From: Eledone cirrhosa
Taxonomy: Eukaryota
DNA length: 64,000 nt
Assembly: GCA_964016885.1 (NCBI GenBank)
Contig: OZ024741.1
Location: forward strand, 385,330,001-385,394,000
Direction of reading: 5' to 3'
Shown here: positions 1 through 13,576 of the stretch, piece by piece
Layout of the letters: the number at the start of each line of letters is the position of its first letter
How positions within the stretch are numbered: the first letter of the stretch is position 1
The notes under the pieces: model-generated
Told to the model about the DNA's origin: nothing
What the model saw: the letters and a program-made list of their open reading frames with translations, nothing else
Database searches by the model: none
Made by a program: the position numbers and the translations under genes

Positions 1-330
1 TACAGAGAGATAACGTGAATATGATGTGGAAATTGAAAGGAAAGTATAACAGTAATGAGATATGTCTAGTGGTAGTGGTGGGAGGAGGTGTTGTAGGGAT
101 AATAAACAAATAAAGGGAAGGAGAGGGAGTTATTGCAACACAAGAGGAGAGGAATAGGCAGAGTAGGGGTGAATGAATGGGAGAGTATAGAGAGAAAGGG
201 ACTGAGAAAGACATACAAATGACAGAGAGAGAGAGATAATCAGTCATTTAGACAGTATATAGTGGAGTATAAAGAATTAAAGTGAAAAAGGATTCAGGTG
301 ACAGTGTATGTATAAGAATGAGGTAAGATG

Positions 331-1327
331 AAAGTGTGTTGATAGTGCATTGACAGTGTATTGACAGGGTATTGACAGTGTGTTGACAGGGTATTGACAG
401 TGTGTTGGTAATGTATTGATATTGTATTAAACATATATTGACAGAATAATGACAGTGTTGAAAGTTTATTGACAGTGTATTAACAATGTATTGACAATAT
501 ATTTATAGTGTATTGACAGAGTATTGGCAATGTGTTGGCAGTGTGTTGACAGTGTATTGCCAGTGTGTTGGTAGTGTATTGACAGTATAGTAACAGTGTA
601 TTGACAGTGTGATGGCAGTGTATTGACAATATATTTATAGTGTATTGACAGAGTATTGGCAGTGTATTGGCAGTGAATTGGGGGGTGTATTGACAGTGTA
701 TTGTCAGTGTATTGACGATGTATTTTCAGAATATTGAAAGAGTACTGACAGTTTATTGACAGTGCATTGACAGTGTATTGACAGAATATTGGCAGAATAT
801 TGACAGTGTGTTAACAGCGTATTTACAGAATATGGACGGGTATTGAATATGTATTGACAGTGTATTGGCAGTGCATTGACAGTGAATTGACAGTGTATTG
901 ACAGAATATTGACAATGCCCTGACAGTGTATTGACAGGGTATTGACAATATTGACAATGTATTGACAGAATACTGAGAGCGCATTGACAGTGAATTGACA
1001 GTGTATTGACAGTGTATTGACAGAATATTGACAATGTATTGACAGAATATTGCCAGTGTATTGAAAGTTTATTGACAGTGTATTGACAGTATATTGACAG
1101 TATATCGACAGTATATTGACAGTGTAATGAAGGAGTATTTGACAGTGTATTGACACTGTGTTGGCAGTGTATTGGCAATGAATTAACAGAATATTGACAG
1201 TGTATCAACAGTGTATTGACAGAAAATAAACAATGAATGGACAGTACATTAAAAGTGTATGAAAATATAAATCAATGTATTGAAAGTGTAATCATAATTT
1301 ATTAATACTGTATTGACAGTGTATTGA
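331..1327. repeat. 11-bp minisatellite, consensus TATTGACAGTG (~90 diverged copies, estimated)
   Basis: Tandem 'gtattgacagt' with variants (gacagaatatt, ggcagtgtatt). Its reverse complement gives the SIHCQYTVNTL repeat seen in ORFs 704-1156 and 753-1208. Confidence 0.95.
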
Positions 1328-1947
1328 GAATAAAGGTGACAATGGGAGTGAGAAAGAGAGAGACAGAGAGAGAAAGAGAGTTAAGGTGACAGTAAGAGAG
1401 AGGGAGAGTTAATGTCAAAGTGGGCAAGAGAGAGAGATGTAAGATGACAGCATAAGTGCGAGAGTGAAACGCAAAGTAAATATGTGAGTGACAAAGAGAG
1501 AGTTAAGGGGACAATGAGAGAGAGAGAGAGAGAGAGAGAGAAGGAGTTAAGGTAACAATGAGAGAGAGAGTGTGTTAAGGTGTCAGTGTGAGAGAGGGAG
1601 ATAGAGAGAGAGAGAGAAAGAGATTTAATGGGACAGTGCGTGAGAGAGAATTTAGGTGACAGTAAGAGAGAGAGAGAGAGAGAGAAAGAGAAAGAGAGAG
1701 AGAGAGAGAGAGTGAAGATGGTATTGAGAGAGACAGAGAGTTAAGGTGACAGTGTGTGAGAGAGAGAGAGTTAAGGTGACAGTGAGAGAGAGAGAGAGTG
1801 AGAGAGAATTAAGGTGACAGTCTGAGAGAGAAAGAGATTTGAGGTGACAATGGGAGAGAGAGGGAAAGAGTTAAGGTGACAGTGTGAGAGAGAGTTGGGG
1901 TGACAGTGTGAGACAGAGAGAGAGATATAGAGAGAGTTAAGGTGACA

Positions 1948-1978
<31 letters not shown>

Positions 1979-2562
1979 TTAAGATGACATTGAGAGAGAG
2001 AGAGAGAGAGAGTGAGAGAGATTTAAGGTGCAGTGTGAGAAAGGGAGAGAAAGACTTAAGGTGAGAGTGAGAGTGAGAGTGAGAGAGAGAGAGATAGAGA
2101 GAGTGAAATAGAGTTAAGATGGCTGTGAGAGAGAGAGAGTTAAAGTGACAGTGTCACAGAGAGTGAAGGTGACAGTGAGAGAGAGAGAGAGAGTTAAGGT
2201 GACAGTGAGAGAGGGAGAGTGAAGGTGATGGAGAGAGAGGGAGAGAGAGAGTTAAGGTGACAGTAACAGAGAGAGAGAGAGAGTTATGGTGACAGTGTCA
2301 CAGAGATAGAGATAAGGTGACAGTGTCAGAGTGAGAGAGAGAGAGAGAGAGTTAAGGTGACAGTGAGAGAGAGAGAGATAAGGTGACAGTGAGAGAGACA
2401 CAGAGATTTAATGGGACAGTGTGTGAGAGAGGAAGAGAAAGAGAGAGAGTTAAGGTGACAGTGAGTGAGAGAGAGAGTTGAGGTGACAGTGAGAGATAGA
2501 GTGAGAGAGAAAGAGTTAAGGTGACACTGACAGAGAGAGAGAGAGAAAGAGAGAGTTAAGGT

Positions 2563-2599
<37 letters not shown>

Positions 2600-3059
2600 A
2601 AGGTGACAGTGAGTGAGAGAGAGAGTTAAGGTGTCAGTGTAAGAGAGAGGGAGAGTTAAGGTGACAGTGAGAGAGAGAGTTAAGGTGACAGTGAGAGAGA
2701 GGGAGAGTTAAGGTGACAGTGAGAGAGAGAGTTAAGGTGACAGTGAGAGAGACAGAGAGAGAGAGAGTTAAGGTGACAGTGAGAGAGAGAGAGTTAAGGT
2801 GACAGTGAGAGAGAGAGTTAAGGTGACAGTGAGAGAGAGAGAGTTAAGGTGACTGTGAGAGAGAGAGAGAGTTAAGGTGACTGTGAGAGAGAGAGAGAGT
2901 TAAGGTGATTGTGAGAAGAGAGAGAGAGTTAAGGTGACAGTGAGAGAGAGAGAGGGTTAAGGTGACAGTGAGAGAGAGAGAGAGTTAAGGTGACTGTGAG
3001 AGAGAGAGAGAGTTACGGTGACTGTGAGAGAGAGAGTTAAGGTGACAGTGAGAGAGAGA

Positions 3060-4886
3060 GAGAGTTAAGGTGACTGTGAGAGAGAGAATTAAGGTGACAG
3101 TGAGAGAGAGAGAGAGTTAAGGTGACAGTGAGAGAGAGAGAGAGTTAAGGTGACAGTGAGAGAGAGAGAGAATTAAGGTGACAGTGAGAGACAGAGAGAG
3201 TTAAGGTGACTGTGAGAGAGAGTGAGTTAAGGTGACTGTGAGAGAGAGAGAGAGTTAAGGTGACTGTGAGAGAGAGAGAGAGAGAGAGAGTTAAGGTGAC
3301 AGTTAGAGAGAGAGTTAATGTGACAGTGAGAGAGTGAGACAGTTAAGGTGACTGTGAGAGAGAGAGAGGGTTAAGGTGACTGTGAGAGAGAGAGAGTTAA
3401 GGTGACAGTTAGAGAGAGAGTTAAGGTGACAGTGAGAGAGAGAGTTAAGGTGACTGTGAGAGAGAGAGAGTTAAGGTGACTGTGAGAGAGAGAGAGTTAA
3501 GGTGACAGTGAGAGAGAGAGTGAGTTAAGGTGACAGTGAGAGAGAGAGTTAAGGTGACAGTGAGAGAGAGAGTTAAGGTGACAGTGAGAGAGAGAGTTAA
3601 GGTGACAGTGAGAGAGAGGGAGAGTTAAGGTGACAGTGAGAGATAGAGAGTTTAGGTGAAAGTGAGAGAGAGTTAAGGTGACAGTGATAGAGAGCGTTAA
3701 GGTGACAGTGGGAGAGAGAGAGAGAGTTAGGATGACAATGAGAGAGAGAGAGAGAGTTAAGGTGACAGTGAGAGAGAGGGAGAGTTAAGGTGACAGTGAG
3801 AGAGAGAGAGAGTTAAGGTGACAGTGAGAGAGAGAGAGAGTTAGTTGACAGTGAGAGAGAGAGAGAGTTAAGGTGACAGTGAGAGAGAGAGAGAGAGAGT
3901 TAAGGTGACAGTGAGAGAAAAAGAGAGTTAAGGTGACAGTGAGAGAGAAAGAGTTAAGGTGACAGTGAGAGAGAGAGTTTAGGTGACTCTGAGAGAGCGA
4001 GAGTTAAGGTGACTGTGAGAGAGAGAGAGTTAAGGTGACAGTGAGAGAGAGAGTGAGTTAAGGTGACACTGAGAGAGAGAGAGAGTTAAGGTGACAGTGA
4101 GAGAGAGAGAGAAAGAGAGTTAAGGTGACAGTGAGAGAGAGAGAGAGTTAAGGTGACAGTGAGAAAGAGAGAGAGTTAAGGTGACAGTGAGAGAGAGAGA
4201 GAGTTAATGTGACTGTGAGAGAGAGAGAGAGAGAGTTAAGGTGACTGTGAGGGAGATAGAAAGAGAGTTAAGGTGACTGTGAGAGAGAGAGAAAGAGAGT
4301 AAAGGTGACTGTGAAGGAGAGAGTTAAGGTGACAGTGAAAGAGAGGGAGAGAGTTAAGGTGACTGTGAGAGAGAGAGAGTTAAGGTGACTGTGAGAGAGA
4401 GAGAGAGTTAAGGTGACCGTGAGACAGAGAGAGAGAGAGTTAAGGTGATAGTGAGAGAGAGAGTTAAGGTGACTGTGAGAGAGAGAGAGAGTGGAGTTGA
4501 CAGTGAGAGAGAGAGAGAGTTAAGGTGACTGTGAGAGAGAGAGTTAAGATGACAGTGAGAGAGAGAGAGAGTTAAGGTGACAGTGAGAGAGAGAGTGTTA
4601 AGATGACAGTGAGAGAGAGAGAGTTAAGGTGACAGTGAGAGAGAGAGTTAAGGTGACAGTGAGAGAGAGAGTTAAGGTGACAGTGAGAGAGAGGGAGAGT
4701 TAAGGTGACAGTGAGAGATAGAGAATTTAGGTGAAAGGGAGAGAGAGTTAAGGTGACAGTGATAGAGAGCGTTAAGGTGACAGTGAGAGAGAGGGAGAGT
4801 TAAGGTGATAGTGAGAGAGAGAGTTAAGGTGACAGTGAGAGAGAGGGGGAGTTAAGGTGACAGTGAGAGAGAGAGAGAGTTAAGGT

Positions 4887-4925
<39 letters not shown>

Positions 4926-7900
4926 AAGGTGACAGTGAGAGAGGGGGAGAGTTAAGGTGACTCTGAGAGAGAGAGAGAGTTAAGGTGACTGTGAGAGAGA
5001 GAGAGAGAGAGAGAGTTAAGGTGACTGTGAGAGAGAGAGAGAGAGTTAAGGTGACTGTGAGAGAGAGTGACAGTTAAGGTGACTGTGAGAGAGAGAGAGA
5101 GTTAAGGTGACTGTGAGAGAGAGAATTAAGGTGACAGTGAGAGAGAGAGAGAGTTAAGGTGACAGTGAGAGAGAGAGAGAGTTAAGGTGACAGTGAGAGA
5201 GAGAGAGAATTAAGGTGACAGTGAGAGACAGAGAGAGTTAAGGTGACTGTGAGAGAGAGTGAGTTAAGGTGACTGTGAGAGAGAGAGAGAGTTAAGGTGA
5301 CTGTGAGAGAGAGAGAGAGAGAGAGAGAGAGTTAAGGTGACAGTTAGAGAGAGAGTTAATGTGACAGTGAGAGAGTGAGACAGTTAAGGTGACTGTGAGA
5401 GAGAGAGAGGGTTAAGGTGACTGTGAGAGAGAGAGAGTTAAGGTGACAGTTAGAGAGAGAGTTAAGGTGACAGTGAGAGAGAGAGTTAAGGTGACTGTGA
5501 GAGAGAGAGAGTTAAGGTGACTGTGAGAGAGAGAGAGTTAAGGTGACAGTGAGAGAGAGAGTGAGTTAAGGTGACAGTGAGAGAGAGAGTTAAGGTGACA
5601 GTGAGAGAGAGAGTTAAGGTGACAGTGAGAGAGAGAGTTAAGGTGACAGTGAGAGAGAGGGAGAGTTAAGGTGACAGTGAGAGATAGAGAGTTTAGGTGA
5701 AAGTGAGAGAGAGTTAAGGTGACAGTGATAGAGAGCGTTAATGTGACAGTGGGAGAGAGAGAGAGAGTTAAGATGACAATGAGAGAGAGAGAGAGAGTTA
5801 AGGTGACAGTGAGAGAGAGGGAGAGTTAAGGTGACAGTGAGAGAGAGAGAGAGTTAAGGTGACAGTGAGAGAGAGAGAGAGTTAGTTGACAGTGAGAGAG
5901 AGAGAGAGTTAAGGTGACAGTGAGAGAGAGAGAGAGAGAGTTAAGGTGACAGTGAGAGAAAAAGAGAGTTAAGGTGACAGTGAGAGAGAAAGAGTTAAGG
6001 TGACAGTGAGAGAGAGAGTTTAGGTGACTCTGAGAGAGCGAGAGTTAAGGTGACTGTGAGAGAGAGAGAGTTAAGGTGACAGTGAGAGAGAGAGTGAGTT
6101 AAGGTGACACTGAGAGAGAGAGAGAGTTAAGGTGACAGTGAGAGAGAGAGAGAAAGAGAGTTAAGGTGACAGTGAGAGAGAGAGAGAGTTAAGGTGACAG
6201 TGAGAAAGAGAGAGAGTTAAGGTGACAGTGAGAGAGAGAGAGTTAAGGTGACAGTGAGAGAGAGAGTTAAGATGACAGTGAGAGAGAGAGTTAAGGTGAC
6301 AGTGAGAGAGAGGGAGAGTTAAGGTGACAGTGCGAGATAGAGAGTTTAGGTGAAAGTGAGAGAGAGTTAAGGTGACCGTGATAGAGAGTGTTAAGGTGAC
6401 AGTGAGAGAGAGGGAGAGTTAAGGTGACAGTGAGAGAGAGGGAGAGTTAAGCTGACAGTGAGAGAGAGAGTTAAGGTGACAGTGAGAGAGAGGGAAAGTT
6501 AAGGTGACAGTGAGAGAGAGAGAGAGAGAGAGAGTTAAGGTGACAGTGAGAGAGGGGGAGAGTTAAGGTGACTGTGAGAGAGAGAGAGAGTTAAGGTGAC
6601 TGTGAGAGAGAGAGAGAGAGTTAAGGTGACTGTGAGAGAGAGTGATAGTTAAGGTGACTGTGAGAGAGAGAGAGAGTTAAGGTGACTGTGAGAGAGAGAA
6701 TTAAGGTGACAGTGAGAGAGAGAGAGAGTTAAGGTGACAGTGAGAGAGAGAGAGAGTTAAGGTGACAGTGAGAGAGAGAGAGAATTAAGGTGACAGTGAG
6801 AGACAGAGAGAGTTAAGGTGACTGTGAGAGAGAGTGAGTTAAGGTGACTGTGAGAGAGAGAGAGAGTTAAGGTGACTGTGAGAGAGAGAGAGAGAGAGAG
6901 AGTTAAGGTGACAGTTAGAGAGAGAGTTAATGTGACAGTGAGAGAGTGAGACAGTTAAGGTGACAGTGAGAGAGAGAGAGGGTTAAGGTGACTGTGAGAG
7001 AGAGAGAGTTAAGGTGACAGTTAGAGAGAGAGTTAAGGTGACTGTGAGAGAGAGAGAGTTAAGGTGACTGTGAGAGAGAGAGTTAAGGTGACTGTGAGAG
7101 AGAGAGAGTTAAGGTGACTGTGAGAGAGAGAGAGTTAAGGTGACAGTGAGAGAGAGAGTGAGTTAAGGTGACAGTGAGAGAGAGAGTTAAGGTGACAGTG
7201 AGAGAGAGAGTTAAGGTGACAGTGAGAGAGAGAGTTAAGGTGACAGTGAGAGAGAGGGAGAGTTAAGGTGACAGTGAGAGATAGAGAGTTTAGGTGAAAG
7301 TGAGAGAGAGTTAAGGTGACAGTGATAGAGAGCGTTAAGGTGACAGTGGGAGAGAGAGAGAGAGTTAAGATGACAATGAGAGAGAGAGAGAGAGTTAAGG
7401 TGACAGTGAGAGAGAGGGAGAGTTAAGGTGACAGTGAGAGAGAGAGAGAGTTAAGGTGACAGTGAGAGAGAGAGAGAGTTAGTTGACAGTGAGAGAGAGA
7501 GAGAGTTAAGGTGACAGTGAGAGAGAGAGTTAAGGTGACTGTGAGAGAGAGAGAGTTAAGGTGACTGTGAGAGAGAGAGAGTTAAGGTGACAGTGAGAGA
7601 GAGAGTGAGTTAAGGTGACAGTGAGAGAGAGAGTTAAGGTGACAGTGAGAGAGAGAGTTAAGGTGACAGTGAGAGAGAGAGTTAAGGTGACAGTGAGAGA
7701 GAGGGAGAGTTAAGGTGACAGTGAGAGATAGAGAGTTTAGGTGAAAGTGAGAGAGAGTTAAGGTGACAGTGATAGAGAGCGTTAATGTGACAGTGGGAGA
7801 GAGAGAGAGAGTTAAGATGACAATGAGAGAGAGAGAGAGAGTTAAGGTGACAGTGAGAGAGAGGGAGAGTTAAGGTGACAGTGAGAGAGAGAGAGAGTTA

Positions 7901-8987
7901 AGGTGACAGTGAGAGAGAGAGAGAGTTAGTTGACAGTGAGAGAGAGAGAGAGTTAAGGTGACAGTGAGAGAGAGAGAGAGAGAGTTAAGGTGACAGTGAG
8001 AGAAAAAGAGAGTTAAGGTGACAGTGAGAGAGAAAGAGTTAAGGTGACAGTGAGAGAGAGAGTTTAGGTGACTCTGAGAGAGCGAGAGTTAAGGTGACTG
8101 TGAGAGAGAGAGAGTTAAGGTGACAGTGAGAGAGAGAGTGAGTTAAGGTGACACTGAGAGAGAGAGAGAGTTAAGGTGACAGTGAGAGAGAGAGAGAAAG
8201 AGAGTTAAGGTGACAGTGAGAGAGAGAGAGAGTTAAGGTGACAGTGAGAAAGAGAGAGAGTTAAGGTGACAGTGAGAGAGAGAGTTAAGGTGACAGTGAG
8301 AGAGAGAGTTAAGGTGACAGTGAGAGAGAGAGTTAAGGTGACAGTGAGAGAGAGAGAGAGTTAATGTGACTGTGAGAGAGAGAGAGAGAGAGTTAAGGTG
8401 ACTGTGAGGGAGATAGAAAGAGAGTTAAGGTGACTGTGAGAGAGAGAGAAAGAGAGTAAAGGTGACTGTGAAGGAGAGAGTTAAGGTGACTGTGAGAGAG
8501 AGAGAGTTAAGGTGACTGTGAGAGAGAGAGAGAGTTAAGGTGACCGTGAGACAGAGAGAGAGAGAGTTAAGGTGATAGTGAGAGAGAGAGTTAAGATGAC
8601 TGTGAGAGAGAGAGAGAGTGGAGTTGACAGTGAGAGAGAGAGAGAGTTAAGGTGACTGTGAGAGAGAGAGTTAAGATGACAGTGAGAGAGAGAGAGAGAG
8701 TTAAGGTGACAGTGAGAGAGAGAGTGTTAAGATGACAGTGAGAGAGAGAGAGTTAAGGTGACAGTGAGAGAGAGAGTTAAGGTGACAGTGAGAGAGAGAG
8801 TTAAGGTGACAGTGAGAAATAGAGAATTTAGGTGAAAGGGAGAGAGAGTTAAGGTGACAGTGATAGAGAGCGTTAAGGTGACAGTGACAGAGAGGGAGAG
8901 TTAAGGTGATAGTGAGAGAGAGAGTTAAGGTGACAGTGAGAGAGAGGGGGAGTTAAGGTGACAGTGAGAGAGAGAGAGAGTTAAGGT

Positions 8988-9033
<46 letters not shown>

Positions 9034-11496
9034 GTGACAGTGAGAGAGGGGGAGAGTTAAGGTGACTCTGAGAGAGAGAGAGAGTTAAGGTGACTGTGTG
9101 AGAGAGAGAGAGAGAGAGAGAGTTAAGGTGACTGTGAGAGAGAGTGACAGTTAAGGTGACTGTGAGAGAGAGAGAGTTAAGGTGACTGTGAGAGAGAGAA
9201 TTAAGGTGACAGTGAGAGAGAGAGAGAGTTAAGGTGACAGTGAGAGAGAGAGAGAGTTAAGGTGACAGTGAGAGAGAGAGAGAGTTAAGGTTACTGTGAG
9301 AGAGAGAATTAAGGTGACAGTGAGAGAGAGAGAGAGTTAAGGTGACAGTGAGAGAGAGAGAGAGTTAAGGTGACAGTGAGAGAGAGAGAGTTAAGGTGAC
9401 AGTGAGATAGAGAGTTAAGGTGACAGTGAGAGAGAGAGTTAAGGTGACAGTGAGTTAGAGAGAGAGTTAAAGTGACAGTGAGAGAGAGAGAGTTAAGGTG
9501 ACAGTGAGAGAGAGAGAGAGTTTAGGTGACAGTGAGATAGAGAGTTAAGGTGACAGTGAGAGACAGAGAGAGTTAAGGTGACTGTGAGAGAGAGAGAGAG
9601 TTAAGGTGACTGTGAGAGAGAGAGAGAGTTAAGGTGACTGTGAGAGAGAGAGAGAGAGAGAGTTAAGGTGACAGTTAGAGAGAGAGTTTAGGTGACTGTG
9701 AGAGAGAGAGAGAGTTAAGGTGACAGTGAGAGACAGAGAGAGTTAAGGTGACTGTGAGAGAGAGTGAGTTAAGGTGACTTTGAGAGAGAGAGAGAGTTAA
9801 GCTGACTGTGAGAGAGAGAGAGAGAGAGAGAGTTAAGGTGACAGTTAGAGAGAGAGTTAATGTGACAGTGAGAGAGTGAGACAGTTAAGGTGACTGTGAG
9901 AGAGAGAGAGGGTTAAGGTGACTGTGAGAGAGAGAGAGTTAAGGTGACAGTTAGAGAGAGAGTTAAGGTGACAGTGAGAGAGAGAGTTAAGGTGACTGTG
10001 AGAGAGAGAGAGTTAAGGTGACTGTGAGAGAGAGAGAGTTAAGGTGACAGTGAGAGAGAGAGTGAGTTAAGGTGACAGTGAGAGAGAGAGTTAAGGTGAC
10101 AGTGAGAGAGAGAGTTAAGGTGACAGTGAGAGAGAGAGTTAAGGTGACAGTGAGAGAGAGGGAGAGTTAAGGTGACAGTGAGAGATAGAGAGTTTAGGTG
10201 AAAGTGAGAGAGAGTTAAGGTGACAGTGATAGAGAGCGTTAAGGTGACAGTGGGAGAGAGAGAGAGAGTTAAGATGACAATGAGAGAGAGAGAGAGAGAG
10301 TTAAGGTGACAGTGAGAGAGAGGGAGAGTTAAGGTGACAGTCAGAGAGAGAGAGAGTTAAGGTGACAGTGAGAGAGAGAGAGAGTTAGTTGACAGTGAGA
10401 GAGAGAGTTAAGGTGACAGTGAGAGAGAGAGAGAGAGAGTTAAGGTGACAGTGAGAGAAAAAGAGAGTTAAGGTGACAGTGAGAGAGAAAGAGTTAAGGT
10501 GACAGTGAGAGAGAGAGTTTAGGTGACTCTGAGAGAGCGAGAGTTAAGGTGACTGTGAGAGAGAGAGAGTTAAGGTGACAGTGAGAGAGAGAGTGAGTTA
10601 AGGTGACACTGAGAGAGAGAGAGAGTTAAGGTGACAGTGAGAGAGAGAGAGAAAGAGAGTTAAGGTGACAGTGAGAGAGAGAGAGAGTTAAGGTGACAGT
10701 GAGAAAGAGAGAGAGTTAAGGTGACAGTGAGAGAGAGAGTTAAGGTGACAGTGAGAGAGAGAGTTAAGGTGACAGTGAGAGAGAGAGTTAAGGTGACAGT
10801 GAGAGAGAGAGTTAAGGTGACAGTGAGAGAGAGAGAGAGTTAATGTGACTGTGAGAGAGAGAGAGAGAGAGTTAAGGTGACTGTGAGGGAGATAGAAAGA
10901 GAGTTAAGGTGACTGTGAGAGAGAGAGAAAGAGAGTAAAGGTGACTGTGAAGGAGAGAGTTAAGGTGACAGTGAAAGAGAGGGAGAGAGTTAAGGTGACT
11001 GTGAGAGAGAGAGAGTTAAGGTGACTGTAAGAGAGAGAGAGAGTTAAGGTGACCGTGAGACAGAGAGAGAGAGAGTTAAGGTGATAGTGAGAGAGAGAGT
11101 TAAGGTGACTGTGAGAGAGAGAGAGAGTGGAGTTGACAGTGAGAGAGAGAGAGAGTTAAGGTGACTGTGAGAGAGAGAGTTAAGATGACAGTGAGAGAGA
11201 GAGAGAGTTAAGGTGACAGTGAGAGAGAGAGTGTTAAGATGACAGTGAGAGAGAGAGTTAAGGTGACAGTGAGAGAGAGAGTTAAGGTGACAGTGAGAGA
11301 GAGGGAGAGTTAAGGTGACAGTGAGAGATAGAGAATTTAGGTGAAAGGGAGAGAGAGTTAAGGTGACAGTGATAGAGAGCGTTAAGGTGACAGTGAGAGA
11401 GAGGGAGAGTTAAGGTGATAGTGAGAGAGAGAGTTAAGGTGACAGTGAGAGAGAGGGGGAGTTAAGGTGACAGTGAGAGAGAGAGAGAGTTAAGGT

Positions 11497-11537
<41 letters not shown>

Positions 11538-13523
11538 AAGGTGACAGTGAGAGAGGGGGAGAGTTAAGGTGACTCTGAGAGAGAGAGAGAGTTAAGGTGA
11601 CTGTGAGAGAGAGAGAGAGAGAGAGAGTTAAGGTGACTGTGAGAGAGAGAGAGAGAGTTAAGGTGACTGTGAGAGAGAGTGACAGTTAAGGTGACTGTGA
11701 GAGAGAGAGAGAGTTAAGGTGACTGTGAGAGAGAGAGAGTTAAGGTGACTGTGAGAGAGAGAGAGAGTTAAGGTGACAGTGAGAGAGAGAGAGAGTTAAG
11801 GTGACAGTGAGAGACAGAGAGAGTTAAGGTGACTGTGAGAGAGAGTGAGTTAAGGTGACTGTGAGAGAGAGAGAGAGTTAAGGTGACTGTGAGAGAGAGA
11901 GAGAGAGAGAGAGTTAAGGTGACAGTTAGAGAGAGAGTTAATGTGACAGTGAGAGAGTGAGACAGTTAAGGTGACTGTGAGAGAGAGAGAGGGTTAAGGT
12001 GACTGTGAGAGAGAGAGAGTTAAGGTGACAGTTAGAGAGAGAGTTAAGGTGACAGTGAGAGAGAGAGTTAAGGTGACTGTGAGAGAGAGAGAGTTAAGGT
12101 GACTGTGAGAGAGAGAGAGTTAAGGTGACAGTGAGAGAGAGAGTGAGTTAAGGTGACAGTGAGAGAGAGAGTTAAGGTGACAGTGAGAGAGAGAGTTAAG
12201 GTGACAGTGAGAGAGAGAGTTAAGGTGACAGTGAGCGAGAGGGAGAGTTAAGGTGACAGTGAGAGATAGAGAGTTTAGGTGAAAGTGAGAGAGAGTTAAG
12301 GTGACAGTGATAGAGAGCGTTAAGGTGACAGTGGGAGAGAGAGAGAGAGTTAAGGTGACAGTGAGAGAGAGGGAGAGTTAAGGTGACAGTGAGAGAGAGA
12401 GAGAGTTAAGGTGACAGTGAGAGAGAGAGAGAGTTAGTTGACAGTGAGAGAGAGAGAGAGAGAGTTAAGGTGACAGTGAGAGAAAAAGAGAGTTAAGGTG
12501 ACAGTGAGAGAGAAAGAGTTAAGGTGACAGTGAGAGAGAGAGTTTAGGTGACTCTGAGAGAGCGAGAGTTAAGGTGACTGTGAGAGAGAGAGAGTTAAGG
12601 TGACAGTGAGAGAGAGAGTGAGTTAAGGTGACACTGAGAGAGAGAGAGAGTTAAGGTGACAGTGAGAGAGAGAGAGAAAGAGAGTTAAGGTGACAGTGAG
12701 AGAGAGAGAGAGTTAAGGTGACAGTGAGAAAGAGAGAGAGTTAAGGTGACAGTGAGAGAGAGAGTTAAGGTGACAGTGAGAGAGAGAGTTAAGGTGACAG
12801 TGAGAGAGAGAGTTAAGGTGACAGTGAGAGAGAGAGAGAGTTAATGTGACTGTGAGAGAGAGAGAGAGAGAGTTAAGGTGACTGTGAGGGAGATAGAAAG
12901 AGAGTTAAGGTGACTGTGAGAGAGAGAGAAAGAGAGTAAAGGTGACTGTGAAGGAGAGAGTTAAGGTGACAGTGAGAGAGAGGGAGAGAGTTAAGGTGAC
13001 TGTGAAAGAGAGAGAGTTAAGGTGACTGTGAGAGAGAGAGAGAGTTAAGGTGACCGTGAGACAGAGAGAGAGAGAGTTAAGGTGATAGTGAGAGAGAGAG
13101 TTAAGGTGACTGTGAGAGAGAGAGAGAGTGGAGTTGACAGTGAGAGAGAGAGAGAGTTAAGGTGACTGTGAGAGAGAGAGTTAAGATGACAGTGAGAGAG
13201 AGAGAGAGTTAAGGTGACAGTGAGAGAGAGAGTGTTAAGATGACAGTGAGAGAGAGAGAGTTAAGGTGACAGTGAGAGAGAGAGTTAAGGTGACAGTGAG
13301 AGAGAGAGTTAAGGTGACAGTGAGAGAGAGGGAGAGTTAAGGTGACAGTGAGAGATAGAGAATTTAGGTGAAAGGGAGAGAGAGTTAAGGTGACAGTGAT
13401 AGAGAGCGTTAAGGTGACAGTGAGAGAGAGGGAGAGTTAAGGTGATAGTGAGAGAGAGAGTTAAGGTGACAGTGAGAGAGAGGGGGAGTTAAGGTGACAG
13501 TGAGAGAGAGAGAGAGTTAAGGT

Positions 13524-13576
<53 letters not shown>

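Noticed and set aside
704-1208. Two overlapping ~150-aa ORFs of SIHCQYTVNTL repeats
   Set aside because: The reverse complement of the 11-mer has no stop codon, and because 11 is not a multiple of 3 every frame gives the same peptide. Stops arise freely in variant copies, so these are repeat artefacts.
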